Origin: Armatimonadota bacterium
Lineage (GTDB): Bacteria > Armatimonadota > Zipacnadia > Zipacnadales > UBA5352
Reading direction: 5' to 3'
NCBI GenBank assembly: GCA_034722055.1
Contig: JAYENL010000045.1
Coordinates: 1-13,965, forward strand
DNA length: 13,965 nt
Made by a program: the position numbers and the translations under genes. The notes below the pieces were generated by a model. The model ran no database searches, was not told where the DNA came from, and worked only from the letters and a program-made list of their open reading frames with translations. This document shows, in pieces, positions 1-8,290 of this stretch. The stretch's first letter is position 1, and each line of letters begins with the position of its first letter.

Positions 1-345
1 GAACGAAAAACGGCCGGGATGGAACCTGCCGCCTGCGCAACACGACCGCGCAGGCGGCACCCTGGAGTTCGGATAGCGAACTCTTAAGAGAAGCCTACTG
101 GCTTCTCCATCGCTACGCTCGGGCGGCCCCTCCCCATACGACACACCACACGGGTGAGCGCTTGCTCGAGTCCATCGCAGGCCTTCCGCAAGATGCGGGT
201 AATGCTGCAGAGCCGTACATCTGGGCGACTGCAGCGGCGCTGCTGATCTGATCCCGACGAAGGGAATCCCAGCCCCGCGGTGAATACTCGCCCACGCAGT
301 GAAGAGTCGCCTGCGGCCCAGATTTCGATACAGGAGTGGAGCGAG

Positions 346-1311
346 ATGGCAAACACGGTCCGGTGCGCCCTCATCGGCGCCGGGGGGATGGCCAACAGCG
401 TGCACTACCCGTCGCTGGCGGAGATGGATGACGTTGAGCTGGTGGGGCTGTGCGACCTCATCGAGGACAAGTGCTACACCACCGCCGAGAAGTTCGAGAT
501 CGACTACACCAGCACCGACTACAAACAGATGATCGAGGACCTCGATCCGGACGCGGTGTGGGTGCTCATGCCGCCACACCACCTCTTCGACATCGTTGTG
601 CACTGCCTGAATGAGGGGCTGAACGTCTTCATCGAGAAGCCCCCGGCGATCACCAGCTATCAGGTGCGCTCCTTCGCGCAGCTCGCGGACGAGAACAACT
701 GCCTGACGATGACCGCCTTCAACCGCCGCTTCATTCCGGTGCTGCAGCAGTGCCGGGAGAAGGTCCTGGAGCGCGGGAACATGATCCAGGCGGTAAGCAC
801 CTTCTACAAGTGGCACACCGCGGGGCCCTACTACAATGGCGCCGTCGATATCCTCTACTGCGACGCCATCCACGCCGTGGATACGCTGCGCTGGATGGGC
901 GGGGACGTGGAGCAGGTTGCCAGCGACATCAAGTTCAACGGGCGCGAGTTCGAGACGAGCTGGATCGCCATCACCCGCCATACCTCCGGCTGCACCGGGG
1001 TGCTGCTGACGAACTGGCAGACGGGCGGGCGGGTGCACCAGTTCGAGATGCACGCCAGGGGCATCTCGGCCTTCTGCAATCCCGAGGAGGACGGCGGGGC
1101 GATCATCCACGCCGACGGGGAGCTCAGCGCCGAGGTCATCGGCACCACGGAGGCCGCCGAGAGCGAGGAGCGGCGTCACTTCTACGGCTTCTACGGCGAG
1201 AATCGGCACTTCATCGACTGCATCAAGGAGAACGTGGAGCCGGAGACGTGCTTCGCCGACGCCACGAAGACCATGGAGCTGGGTGACCGCATCTACGGGA
1301 ACCAGTTCTGA
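346..1311 (+). CDS. Gfo/Idh/MocA family NAD(P)-dependent oxidoreductase
   Basis: N-terminal Rossmann motif CALIGAGGMA, followed by 'DAVWVLMPPHHL', 'NVFIEKPPA', 'AFNRRF' and 'AIHAVD', all typical of the family. Start placed at ATG 346 with AGGAG at 332-336, rather than GTG 280. Confidence 0.93.
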   Translation: MANTVRCALIGAGGMANSVHYPSLAEMDDVELVGLCDLIEDKCYTTAEKFEIDYTSTDYKQMIEDLDPDAVWVLMPPHHLFDIVVHCLNEGLNVFIEKPPAITSYQVRSFAQLADENNCLTMTAFNRRFIPVLQQCREKVLERGNMIQAVSTFYKWHTAGPYYNGAVDILYCDAIHAVDTLRWMGGDVEQVASDIKFNGREFETSWIAITRHTSGCTGVLLTNWQTGGRVHQFEMHARGISAFCNPEEDGGAIIHADGELSAEVIGTTEAAESEERRHFYGFYGENRHFIDCIKENVEPETCFADATKTMELGDRIYGNQF

Positions 1312-1333
1312 GGGACGCGCAGCGCCGCCATGT

Positions 1334-1619
1334 CGAGGGCGCCCGTCTCCCAGCATTGTGGAGTGATTTGAGAGGGGCAAACGGCGGTAGGCTGGAAGCC
1401 TGCCCCACGGATGTTGTCCGGGGGGACCGAGCGACAGAACGGCAAACGCCGTGCGGGGGGCACCCGCACTGGGGACGACATGCGGCAACGGCGCACGCAC
1501 AGGAGTGTGCGTGCCACGGGACGGCCAATGACGACGACGACTGGCGCGGCACGGGTCCGCGCCCTACAGGGAGCAACGGCGAACGGCAACGGCAGGCGGG
1601 CTGGGCAGCCCGCCGCTCC
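1334..1619 (-). repeat. Array of co-oriented, sequence-diverse REP-like hairpins
   Basis: Stems: 1386-1404 (+CCAC), 1451-1469, 1493-1514 (+CAC), 1543-1563 (+CTAC), 1595-1614 (+GCTCC), plus a half copy at 1334-1351. On the - strand most read GTGG/GTAG/GGAG + GC-rich palindrome. AACGGC linkers recur between them. Confidence 0.75.
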
Positions 1620-1655
1620 GTACGACACCACGGTAGCCGCGGGCGACAACGGCGC

Positions 1656-3521
1656 TCACTCGGCCTCGAAGACGTGCTCCGGGATCAGGGACAGCACCGG
1701 TGGAAGCTGATCGCCCAGCGACAGATGAACGTCCTCGAGGGTGGTGCCGATGTCCGCCCGCGCGATCTCCAGCGCCCAGGTCTCGCCCGCGTGGTCCCCG
1801 GCCTGGACCTCCACCGTTACGCGCTCCTCCGTGGGCGTGGTCTGGCCCGTCGCGGCCATCTCGCCCGCCGGGTCGTGGACGTTCAGCCGGGCCGTCTCCG
1901 CGCCGAAGCCGCGCGCGGTGATGGCGAACTGCTCCGCATCCTCCGGGACAGCGAAGTAGAGCCGCTGCGCGGCGCCGATGATCCCCAGGCCGCGGCCGGC
2001 ATAGATACCCACCGGTACGTTCGCACTCGTGATCGCGTAGGACGATGACCCGGCCACGACGTTGAGGGCGTAGATGCCGCCCTCCTGGGGAGTGAAGCTG
2101 ATGGTGCCGTCGCCGAAGGGGACCGTGCCCTCCGCGATCTGCTCCCAGGTGAGATCATGGGCGCTCCACTCCAGGTCGGCCTCGGCGTCGCCCACGCGGC
2201 CGATTGTCACGCCCAGCTCCGCCGGCTCGCCGGCCGCGGCGTTAACCAGCAGCAGGTTCCGACGCCGCAGCTTCACGAGGGGCAGCTCCACCGTCTCGCC
2301 GGTCGGCTCAGGAGCACTCAGCCCCGCCTCGCCGGTGCCGATGCCGCCGAAGGCCCACGGATCGGGCGTCTCGCGCGCCTCCTGCCAGCGCTGCAGCTCC
2401 CCGGCCGCGATGGCGTCATTGGCCCACGTGAACCACATCCAGTAGTTCGGATGATCCTCCTGGTACTCGGGGCCCTCGTAGAAGATCCAGTAGCCGTCGG
2501 TGATGGCGCTGATCATCACCGCGTTCTTCCCGCAGTACTCGGGATCGGCGCCGCGCACCACCGGATCGATGCCGCCGGTGTAGTAGTGGGGCAGGCCGAT
2601 CTCGGCCACGCCCTGCATCCGCTCGGCGAGCAGCCGCCTGCCCTGCTGCAGCGCCCCCGACTGGGGCAGGAAGCTGGTGCGGCGGCCGTAGGTCACCGCG
2701 TCGGCGAAGATCAGCGGCGCCTCCTCGGAGGTCCACTCCGGGAAGGCCGCCTCACGCATGAATCGCGTGCCCGGCGCGGGATACATGCAGAACTGAAACC
2801 CGGGGTCGTGCTCGTCCACGGCCTCGCGCAGGGTCCGGCAGCGCTGGCGCCAGTGGTCGAGCTGCCAGGCCTCGAACTGGTCGTGAAGGCCCTGATTCTG
2901 CAGCCACTGGTAGCGCTCGGCCGGCTCGAGCTGGGGGATCTCCACGCCCTGGGCTTCGGCGAACATGTCGAGGGTCATCTGGTCGTAGGAGAGGTCGTAG
3001 ACGCTCCCGGACATTCGCTGTCCCTTGGCGTAGTTCTCGTAGTCGAGGAAGACGCCCAGCAGGTGCGGATTGTCGGCGCTGATGCGGGCGTACTCGGTGA
3101 TGTAGCGGGTGGTCCACTCCCAGAACTCGTCAGAGTTGGGGCTCCACAGGGGCTGCTCGCCACCGTTGCGCCATACGAGCATCCTCCCCTGCGCCTCGTC
3201 AGGGTTCTGCACGCCCAGCGTGCCGCGCATCCACACCAGGTGGAAGATGCCGTACTTCTCACACCACTGCGTCACCTGGCGGACGGCATCGAGGTCGCTG
3301 TAGCCCCGGCGCGGGGAGTAGACGTTGAAGCCCGCGTCAGCGGCCTCCTTCACCATCCACTCCTCGGTAGTCCAGCCGGCCTCCGGCTGCATGACCTTGT
3401 CCACGACGATGCGGAACTTGACGTCCCGCCCGAGCATGTCACGCGTCAGCTCCTGGGCTGAGCAGTGCGCGAGCATCCCGGCGGTCAGTGCAGCTACCAC
3501 GATCAGCGTCAGATGTCTCAT
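1656..3521 (-). CDS. Secreted putative glycoside hydrolase: TIM-barrel-like (GHL10/GH42-like) domain plus C-terminal beta-sandwich domains, 621 aa
   Basis: Start at ATG 3521 with GGAGGAGG 8 nt upstream. Signal peptide MRHLTLIVVAALTAGMLAHCSA|QE. 'LLGVFLDYENY', 'YDQMTLDMFAE' and 'AWQLDHWRQRCRTLREAVDEHDP' resemble GHL10/GH42-type barrel segments. The family assignment is tentative. Confidence 0.6.
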   Translation of the reverse strand: MRHLTLIVVAALTAGMLAHCSAQELTRDMLGRDVKFRIVVDKVMQPEAGWTTEEWMVKEAADAGFNVYSPRRGYSDLDAVRQVTQWCEKYGIFHLVWMRGTLGVQNPDEAQGRMLVWRNGGEQPLWSPNSDEFWEWTTRYITEYARISADNPHLLGVFLDYENYAKGQRMSGSVYDLSYDQMTLDMFAEAQGVEIPQLEPAERYQWLQNQGLHDQFEAWQLDHWRQRCRTLREAVDEHDPGFQFCMYPAPGTRFMREAAFPEWTSEEAPLIFADAVTYGRRTSFLPQSGALQQGRRLLAERMQGVAEIGLPHYYTGGIDPVVRGADPEYCGKNAVMISAITDGYWIFYEGPEYQEDHPNYWMWFTWANDAIAAGELQRWQEARETPDPWAFGGIGTGEAGLSAPEPTGETVELPLVKLRRRNLLLVNAAAGEPAELGVTIGRVGDAEADLEWSAHDLTWEQIAEGTVPFGDGTISFTPQEGGIYALNVVAGSSSYAITSANVPVGIYAGRGLGIIGAAQRLYFAVPEDAEQFAITARGFGAETARLNVHDPAGEMAATGQTTPTEERVTVEVQAGDHAGETWALEIARADIGTTLEDVHLSLGDQLPPVLSLIPEHVFEAE

Positions 3522-3585
3522 GTCGTGCGCCTCCTCCAGCGGAATCCCCTGAGTTGCTTCTTGCCGCCACTCGGACATCTCCCGC

Positions 3586-3700
3586 GTAGGTCGGGCTTCC
3601 AGCCCGACAACGACAAACGGCGTGCGGAGGAGGGCCTCCGCACCACGGAACGGCACGCAGCGCACGGGCCGAGACCGCAGGTCTCCAGTGTCCATGCCAC
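3586..3700. repeat. REP-like hairpin cluster
   Basis: GTAG-GTCGGGC-TTCCA-GCCCGAC (3586-3608, + strand). AACGGC-GTGCGGAGG-AGGG-CCTCCGCAC-CAC (3616-3646, opposite orientation). An imperfect long stem containing GAGACC/GGTCTC ends in CAC at 3700. Confidence 0.75.
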
Positions 3701-3723
3701 GGGATTTCGGCAGGGCGCCCGCC

Positions 3724-6609
3724 TCACAGCTCTGACAGCGCGGTCAGCGCCTGCAGGATCTGGATCCGCACCCGGTCCTGGACCGCCCGGTCCTTGGGCT
3801 CATCCCACGTGTAGCTGGGCTCGACGTCCATGGCCATCACGCGCCCGACGGCGGTATCCAGCAGCTTCCGCGCCGCAGTCAGCCGGGCGTCCTGGACCCC
3901 GCGGCCCTCAAGCTCCTCCACGCGAGACCGCAGCATGGTGAGGTACTCGTAGTCCTCAACGCCCTCCCGGATGGCCTCCATGTACTTGGCCGGGGTGTTG
4001 GAGGTGTCGTCGATGTAGGTCGGGCAGTAGGGCCCGTTGCCCTGCGCGGTATACTCGTTCCAGCACGAGACCCTGCCATTGTCGGTGAAGCACCAGAAGC
4101 ACGAGCCCATGGCGCCGATGCCGAAGGCATGCCACTCTTGCATCAGGTAGTAGCTGAAGGGGTCGAAGCTGCGGGCGGGGCCGTCGGCACTGTAGAACCA
4201 GAGGTCCTTCCCGGCCGCCTGCTGCTCGGCCAGCAGCTCCGTGTACCACTGTCCTCTGGTCATGTACTGCCTGCGGTAGGGGCAGAGGACGTCCACACTC
4301 TCGAACATCGCGACCACGTGCTCGTCGAGGCTGGGCGGCTGCGGGTCCTCCCAGGTCACGATCTCCGGCGCCGCGGCCTCGATGGCCTTCGCCCAGCCCA
4401 CGATGGTCTCGTACTGCTCGCGATCGTGCGGCTCGTCAACCAGCAGCAGGCCGAGCTGGTTGCCGTCCAGCCCAAGCTCCCGCATGTGGTCGGCCCAGAA
4501 GCGCGCCCAGGCGCCGACCTTGCGGTTGAAGACCTCAGTGCCCATCCGGGAGCCGTCGAAGCTGTCGCCCACCGCCATGAAGACCATGTACATCCTCGCG
4601 TCCGGCCACGCCGCCTGCCACTCGTCGAACTGCCAGGTCTGTGGCCTGGCGACCATGTTGCCCTCCGCGTCGTACTCTCCCGGCTGCAGCACCCCGCGAG
4701 TCGCCCACGGGGCGTTCACGTAGTGCGACTGCAGGTGGTCGATGATCTCCGCACGGTTCTGCGGGGTGAGGCCGTAGGCCGTGGCATTGGTGTAGCTCCA
4801 GCCGCCCACCAGCAGCGTGGTCTGATCCGGGAAGCGCAGCGGGTAGATGCGCACGCGGATGGGGACGCTTCCCGAGAAGCCGGTGGCGGCGCTGAGCCGG
4901 ATGCTGCCGGCGTAGGTGCCGGGCTCCAGGTCAGGGCGGTTGAGGGCGATCCACACCTGCCGGACCATGCCCGCCGGGACGGTCACCAGGTAGTCCTCGC
5001 CCACCCGGTCGGCCTCCGGGAGCGCCGCCGCCACCGCGGTGAACCAGCGGGTGCCGACGTGAAGCACCTCGTGCACTGAGATCCAGTCGGGATTCGGGCC
5101 GCCGGGCAGGCCCGTGATGCGCAGGCGCAGGTCGCGGTCGGAGGCGTTGGTGATGTTGAAGACGTCCGCCCGATACTCGTTCGCCATCATGTGAAGCTCG
5201 ACGGCCGCGGCCGCTGCGTCCGGCCCAGGCTCGGCGGAGGGTGCCAGCGGGTCCCAGCGATGCTGATCCCACAGTCGGATCTGGGGCTTGCCCTGTGCGC
5301 GCCACACGTCGGCCTGAAGCCCGAAGATGCGCCGCTCCAGATCCGTCATGGGCAGGATGGCCACGAAGTCCTCCATCGGGATCGGCTCCATCTCGTCGAT
5401 CTCCTCCGCGAGCTGCATGGCCCGAACCTCGAAGGGCTGCCGCCGGGCCAGCGGCAGGCGGCGGATGTCGTCGCCGATGGGGTCGAGGTCGCACCGGAAC
5501 TGATCCTGGATCAGGCCCGTGATGCGCACCGTCTCCATGTGCTGCTCGACCTCGGTGATGGGCGACCCGTCCAGCGGCTCGCTCAGCCACGCCTCGTCCC
5601 CCCGGAAGACCTGGATCTCGTCCACGAACAGGTAGTTGGGCGTGGGCTCCATGAAGAGCTTCACGAACCGCCCGTGGGTGTGCAGGTCGCCGGTCCAGAG
5701 GCGGCGCTCGGCATACTCCCCGAAGGGCGGCAGCTCCTCCCGCTGCGTGTGCAGCTCCACCAGATCGGCGACCTCGTACCATGTCTGCCCGTCCTCGCTC
5801 ACGAAGATCAGGATGCGGGCGGGCCAGTGCACGCCCGCGACGCCCGCAGCGGTGCCGAAGGACATCCCCCTGATGGGCCGATCCTGGCCGAGATCGATGG
5901 TGACGTACTTGGGCGAGACGCCGCTCCAGCCGACGGTGGTGGGGCGGGTCCAGAAGTGCCCCTCGGTGTACTCGCCATCGGTGAGTTGGACCGCGTCACC
6001 CTCGTCTGTGCAGTAGCCGTAGCTCGGGGGTGGCGCCATCGTGTAGGACACGCCCAGTGCCACGTTCTCACCCAGGTCGGGGAGTGGAGGCTGCTCCTTC
6101 GCCCTCACCTTGTCCAGCGCCACCCGGGCGACGGCGACCGCGCCACGCGGAGCGTCCGCGCGCTCGACGTGCCGGGCGTCCGCGAAGATCTCGACGCGCA
6201 CATCGGCGCTCTGAGCCTCGAACTCCGCACGCAGCTCCTGCCAAACCTCCGTGGCCTCCGCGACGATGCTGGCGAGGGGCTCGCCCGATGCGAGATCCAC
6301 CGCACGCACCAGCGGCCGAAGCGTGCCATCACTGTGGAGCGTCGCACTCAGGCGATAGCCAGCGCCGGGCGTCAGGAAGTCGGCGCGCTGGACGACCGGC
6401 GGCGCCACACCCTCGCCGCTCCACGCCAGGACCGAGCCATCGTCCGGGCCACCGGTCTCCCGCTGCCAGGCCGAGCCCTCGGGGACATCCCAGTGCGCCG
6501 GGATGGAGGCGTCCCCGGCCGCCTGCGCGAAGTCCGTGTTCTGCAGCGGCTCTGCCACGGCGAGAGAGATCGACATCGCGGCCAGCAGCATCGTCAGCGC
6601 AGTTCGCAT
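3724..6609 (-). CDS. Secreted multidomain glycoside hydrolase-like protein: CBM-like + F5/8 type C (discoidin) + GH123/DUF4091-like catalytic region, 961 aa
   Basis: Start at ATG 6609 with GGGAGGG upstream. Signal peptide MRTALTMLLAAMSISLAVA|E. Discoidin signature 'NVALG...QLTDG...YVTIDLG...VSEDGQTW...GRFVKL...DEIQVF'. A 'VDEP' motif and C-terminal 'YMEAIREGVEDYEYL' are typical of DUF4091. Confidence 0.72.
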   Translation of the reverse strand: MRTALTMLLAAMSISLAVAEPLQNTDFAQAAGDASIPAHWDVPEGSAWQRETGGPDDGSVLAWSGEGVAPPVVQRADFLTPGAGYRLSATLHSDGTLRPLVRAVDLASGEPLASIVAEATEVWQELRAEFEAQSADVRVEIFADARHVERADAPRGAVAVARVALDKVRAKEQPPLPDLGENVALGVSYTMAPPPSYGYCTDEGDAVQLTDGEYTEGHFWTRPTTVGWSGVSPKYVTIDLGQDRPIRGMSFGTAAGVAGVHWPARILIFVSEDGQTWYEVADLVELHTQREELPPFGEYAERRLWTGDLHTHGRFVKLFMEPTPNYLFVDEIQVFRGDEAWLSEPLDGSPITEVEQHMETVRITGLIQDQFRCDLDPIGDDIRRLPLARRQPFEVRAMQLAEEIDEMEPIPMEDFVAILPMTDLERRIFGLQADVWRAQGKPQIRLWDQHRWDPLAPSAEPGPDAAAAAVELHMMANEYRADVFNITNASDRDLRLRITGLPGGPNPDWISVHEVLHVGTRWFTAVAAALPEADRVGEDYLVTVPAGMVRQVWIALNRPDLEPGTYAGSIRLSAATGFSGSVPIRVRIYPLRFPDQTTLLVGGWSYTNATAYGLTPQNRAEIIDHLQSHYVNAPWATRGVLQPGEYDAEGNMVARPQTWQFDEWQAAWPDARMYMVFMAVGDSFDGSRMGTEVFNRKVGAWARFWADHMRELGLDGNQLGLLLVDEPHDREQYETIVGWAKAIEAAAPEIVTWEDPQPPSLDEHVVAMFESVDVLCPYRRQYMTRGQWYTELLAEQQAAGKDLWFYSADGPARSFDPFSYYLMQEWHAFGIGAMGSCFWCFTDNGRVSCWNEYTAQGNGPYCPTYIDDTSNTPAKYMEAIREGVEDYEYLTMLRSRVEELEGRGVQDARLTAARKLLDTAVGRVMAMDVEPSYTWDEPKDRAVQDRVRIQILQALTALSEL

Positions 6610-6682
6610 GACCGACCCTCCCTGCAGCGTGCTCACACGTATCTCAATTGGCGGTGCGGGCGCGAATCTCCTCCGCCGGGTC

Positions 6683-6719
6683 GGGATCACGGTCATCATA
6701 TGGGGATCACGGTCATCAT
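6683..6719. repeat. Perfect 17-nt direct repeat x2 (GGGATCACGGTCATCAT), 20-nt period
   Basis: Copies at 6683-6699 and 6703-6719 in the divergent intergenic region. Confidence 0.9.
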
Positions 6720-6720
6720 G

Positions 6721-6806
6721 GGAGGCGGGCGCCCTCGCCCGCCTGCAGGCTGGAGCCGGAGGTCTGCTTTCAGGCGCGGATGTGCGGGCGAGGGCGCCCG
6801 CACCTC
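6721..6806. repeat. Inverted REP doublet (REPIN-like)
   Basis: The core GCGGGCGCCCTCGCCCGC at 6725-6742 (preceded by GGAG) has its exact reverse complement at 6784-6801, with a 41-nt spacer. Confidence 0.75.
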
Positions 6807-6943
6807 AGATCGGGGATGCTGCCGTAGCACGGAACGACACAGGCCGCAGGTGATGGGTAGCCGAGGGGAGAAGGAGTCCGCGCTGGTCCTCTCCGCCGGT
6901 GAGTCCGCCGGCGTCTGACGCCGCGCCCGGAGCTGTACCGCCC

Positions 6944-8272
6944 ATGGCATCCGATGCGCTCTTCGGCACTGACGGCGTTCGGGGGGTGGCCGGCCGCGAT
7001 CTAAGCTGCGACCTGGCGCGGGCGGTCGGCTGTGCGTGGGGCGCGGTCATCGCCGAGGCCGGCGGGGGCCAGGTGCTGATGGCGCGCGACACGCGAACCT
7101 CCGGGCCGGCGCTGGCGAGTGCCGCCGCGGAGGGCCTCTGCGCCGCGGGCATCGACGTGATCGACTGCGGGGTCATCCCCACGGGCGCGCTCTGTCTGCT
7201 GGTGAGCCGCAGCCACGCCGCCGGTGGCGTGATCATCTCCGCCTCGCACAACCCCCCGGAGTTCAACGGAGTGAAGCTCGTTGGCCCCAGCGGGCACAAG
7301 CTGCCGTGGTCGCGGCAGGAGCGGGTGGAGGTGCTGGTGCGGGAGGGCGAAGGTGCTGGTGCTGCCAGGCCGGGGCGATGCCGGAACGATGAGGCGGCTG
7401 GCGACCGCTACCTCGACCTGCTGTTCGAGGGCCGGAGCTTACGGGATCTGAATGGGCTGAGGGTGGTGCTCGACTGCGCGCACGGCTCGGCGTTCGAGCT
7501 GGCGCCGCGGGCCCTCCAGCAGGCGGGCGCCGCGGTGGAGACCATCAATGCCGATGCGCGTGGCGAGAGCATCAACGTGGGGTGCGGCTCAACCTCGCCT
7601 CATGCGATGGCGTGGGCGGTCGCTGAGCGGGGCGCCGATCTCGGAGTCGCGTTCGACGGCGACGCCGACCGGGCGGTGTTCGCGGACCACAAGGCCGGGA
7701 TCGTCGATGGCGATGCGACCAAGTACGTGCTGGCGACCGACCTGCAGGACCGCGGCCTGCTCCAGCCGCCGCTGGTGGTGGGCACGGTGATGAATAACCT
7801 GGGCCTGGAGCGGGCTCTGAGCGCCCGCGACATCGAGCTGCGCCGCACTCCCGTGGGCGACCGCTACGTGGTGGAGGCCATGCGGGAGACGGGGGCGCTG
7901 GTGGGTGGCGAGCAGTCCGGGCACATCATCTTCCCTGACACCATGATCGGTGACGGGATCGACACCGCGCTGCGGGTCTGCCAGGTCGTGGCCCGGACCG
8001 GCCGGCCGCTGGCGGAGCTTGCGGCGCCGGTGGTGAAGATCCCCCAGCTTCTGGTGAACGTCCCGGTCGCGAATCGCGAGGCGTGGCGCACCGACACGGC
8101 CGTGGCTGCGGAGATCGAGCGATGGGAGGCGCGGCTTGACGACCGCGCTCGCCTGCTCATCCGCCCCTCCGGCACCGAGCCGGTGGTGCGCATCATGGTG
8201 GAGGCCGATGACGAGGCCCTGGCGCAGGAGGCCTGCGAGGCCCTGGCGGCCGTCATCGCCGCCAGCGGCTGA
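6944..8272 (+). CDS. glmM: Phosphoglucosamine mutase
   Basis: LFGTDGVRG, phosphoserine loop ISASHNP, metal loop AFDGDADR, VGTVMNNLG, VGDRYV, GGEQSGH and RPSGTEP. Start at ATG 6944 (GGAG at 6929-6932). Confidence 0.93.
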   Translation: MASDALFGTDGVRGVAGRDLSCDLARAVGCAWGAVIAEAGGGQVLMARDTRTSGPALASAAAEGLCAAGIDVIDCGVIPTGALCLLVSRSHAAGGVIISASHNPPEFNGVKLVGPSGHKLPWSRQERVEVLVREGEGAGAARPGRCRNDEAAGDRYLDLLFEGRSLRDLNGLRVVLDCAHGSAFELAPRALQQAGAAVETINADARGESINVGCGSTSPHAMAWAVAERGADLGVAFDGDADRAVFADHKAGIVDGDATKYVLATDLQDRGLLQPPLVVGTVMNNLGLERALSARDIELRRTPVGDRYVVEAMRETGALVGGEQSGHIIFPDTMIGDGIDTALRVCQVVARTGRPLAELAAPVVKIPQLLVNVPVANREAWRTDTAVAAEIERWEARLDDRARLLIRPSGTEPVVRIMVEADDEALAQEACEALAAVIAASG

Positions 8273-8290
8273 CAGCATACCCGCTTTGCC

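Noticed and set aside
210..245. GAGCCGTAC resembling the start of group II intron domain V
   Set aside because: No complementary ACGGTTC arm or GNRA loop, and no reverse transcriptase in the window.
1334..1619. CRISPR array or integron attC array
   Set aside because: Repeats are not identical, no cas or integrase gene is present, and there are no consistent RYYYAAC/GTTRRRY ends.
1356..2048. 230-aa + ORF and other short ORFs spanning 1223-1710
   Set aside because: Low-complexity Arg/Gly-rich translations crossing the hairpin array and overlapping a real gene.
2157..3461. 434-aa + strand ORF (likewise 4129-5079, 5191-6918, 8360-9652, 10484-12466)
   Set aside because: Antisense shadow frames of well-supported - strand genes, expected with high-GC codon bias; no recognisable motifs.
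3522..3695. N-terminal ORF-track extensions (3695, 6699, 6899, 280 starts)
   Set aside because: Downstream ATGs have SD-like sequences and place signal peptides or family motifs at the N-terminus; the extensions run through intergenic or repeat DNA.
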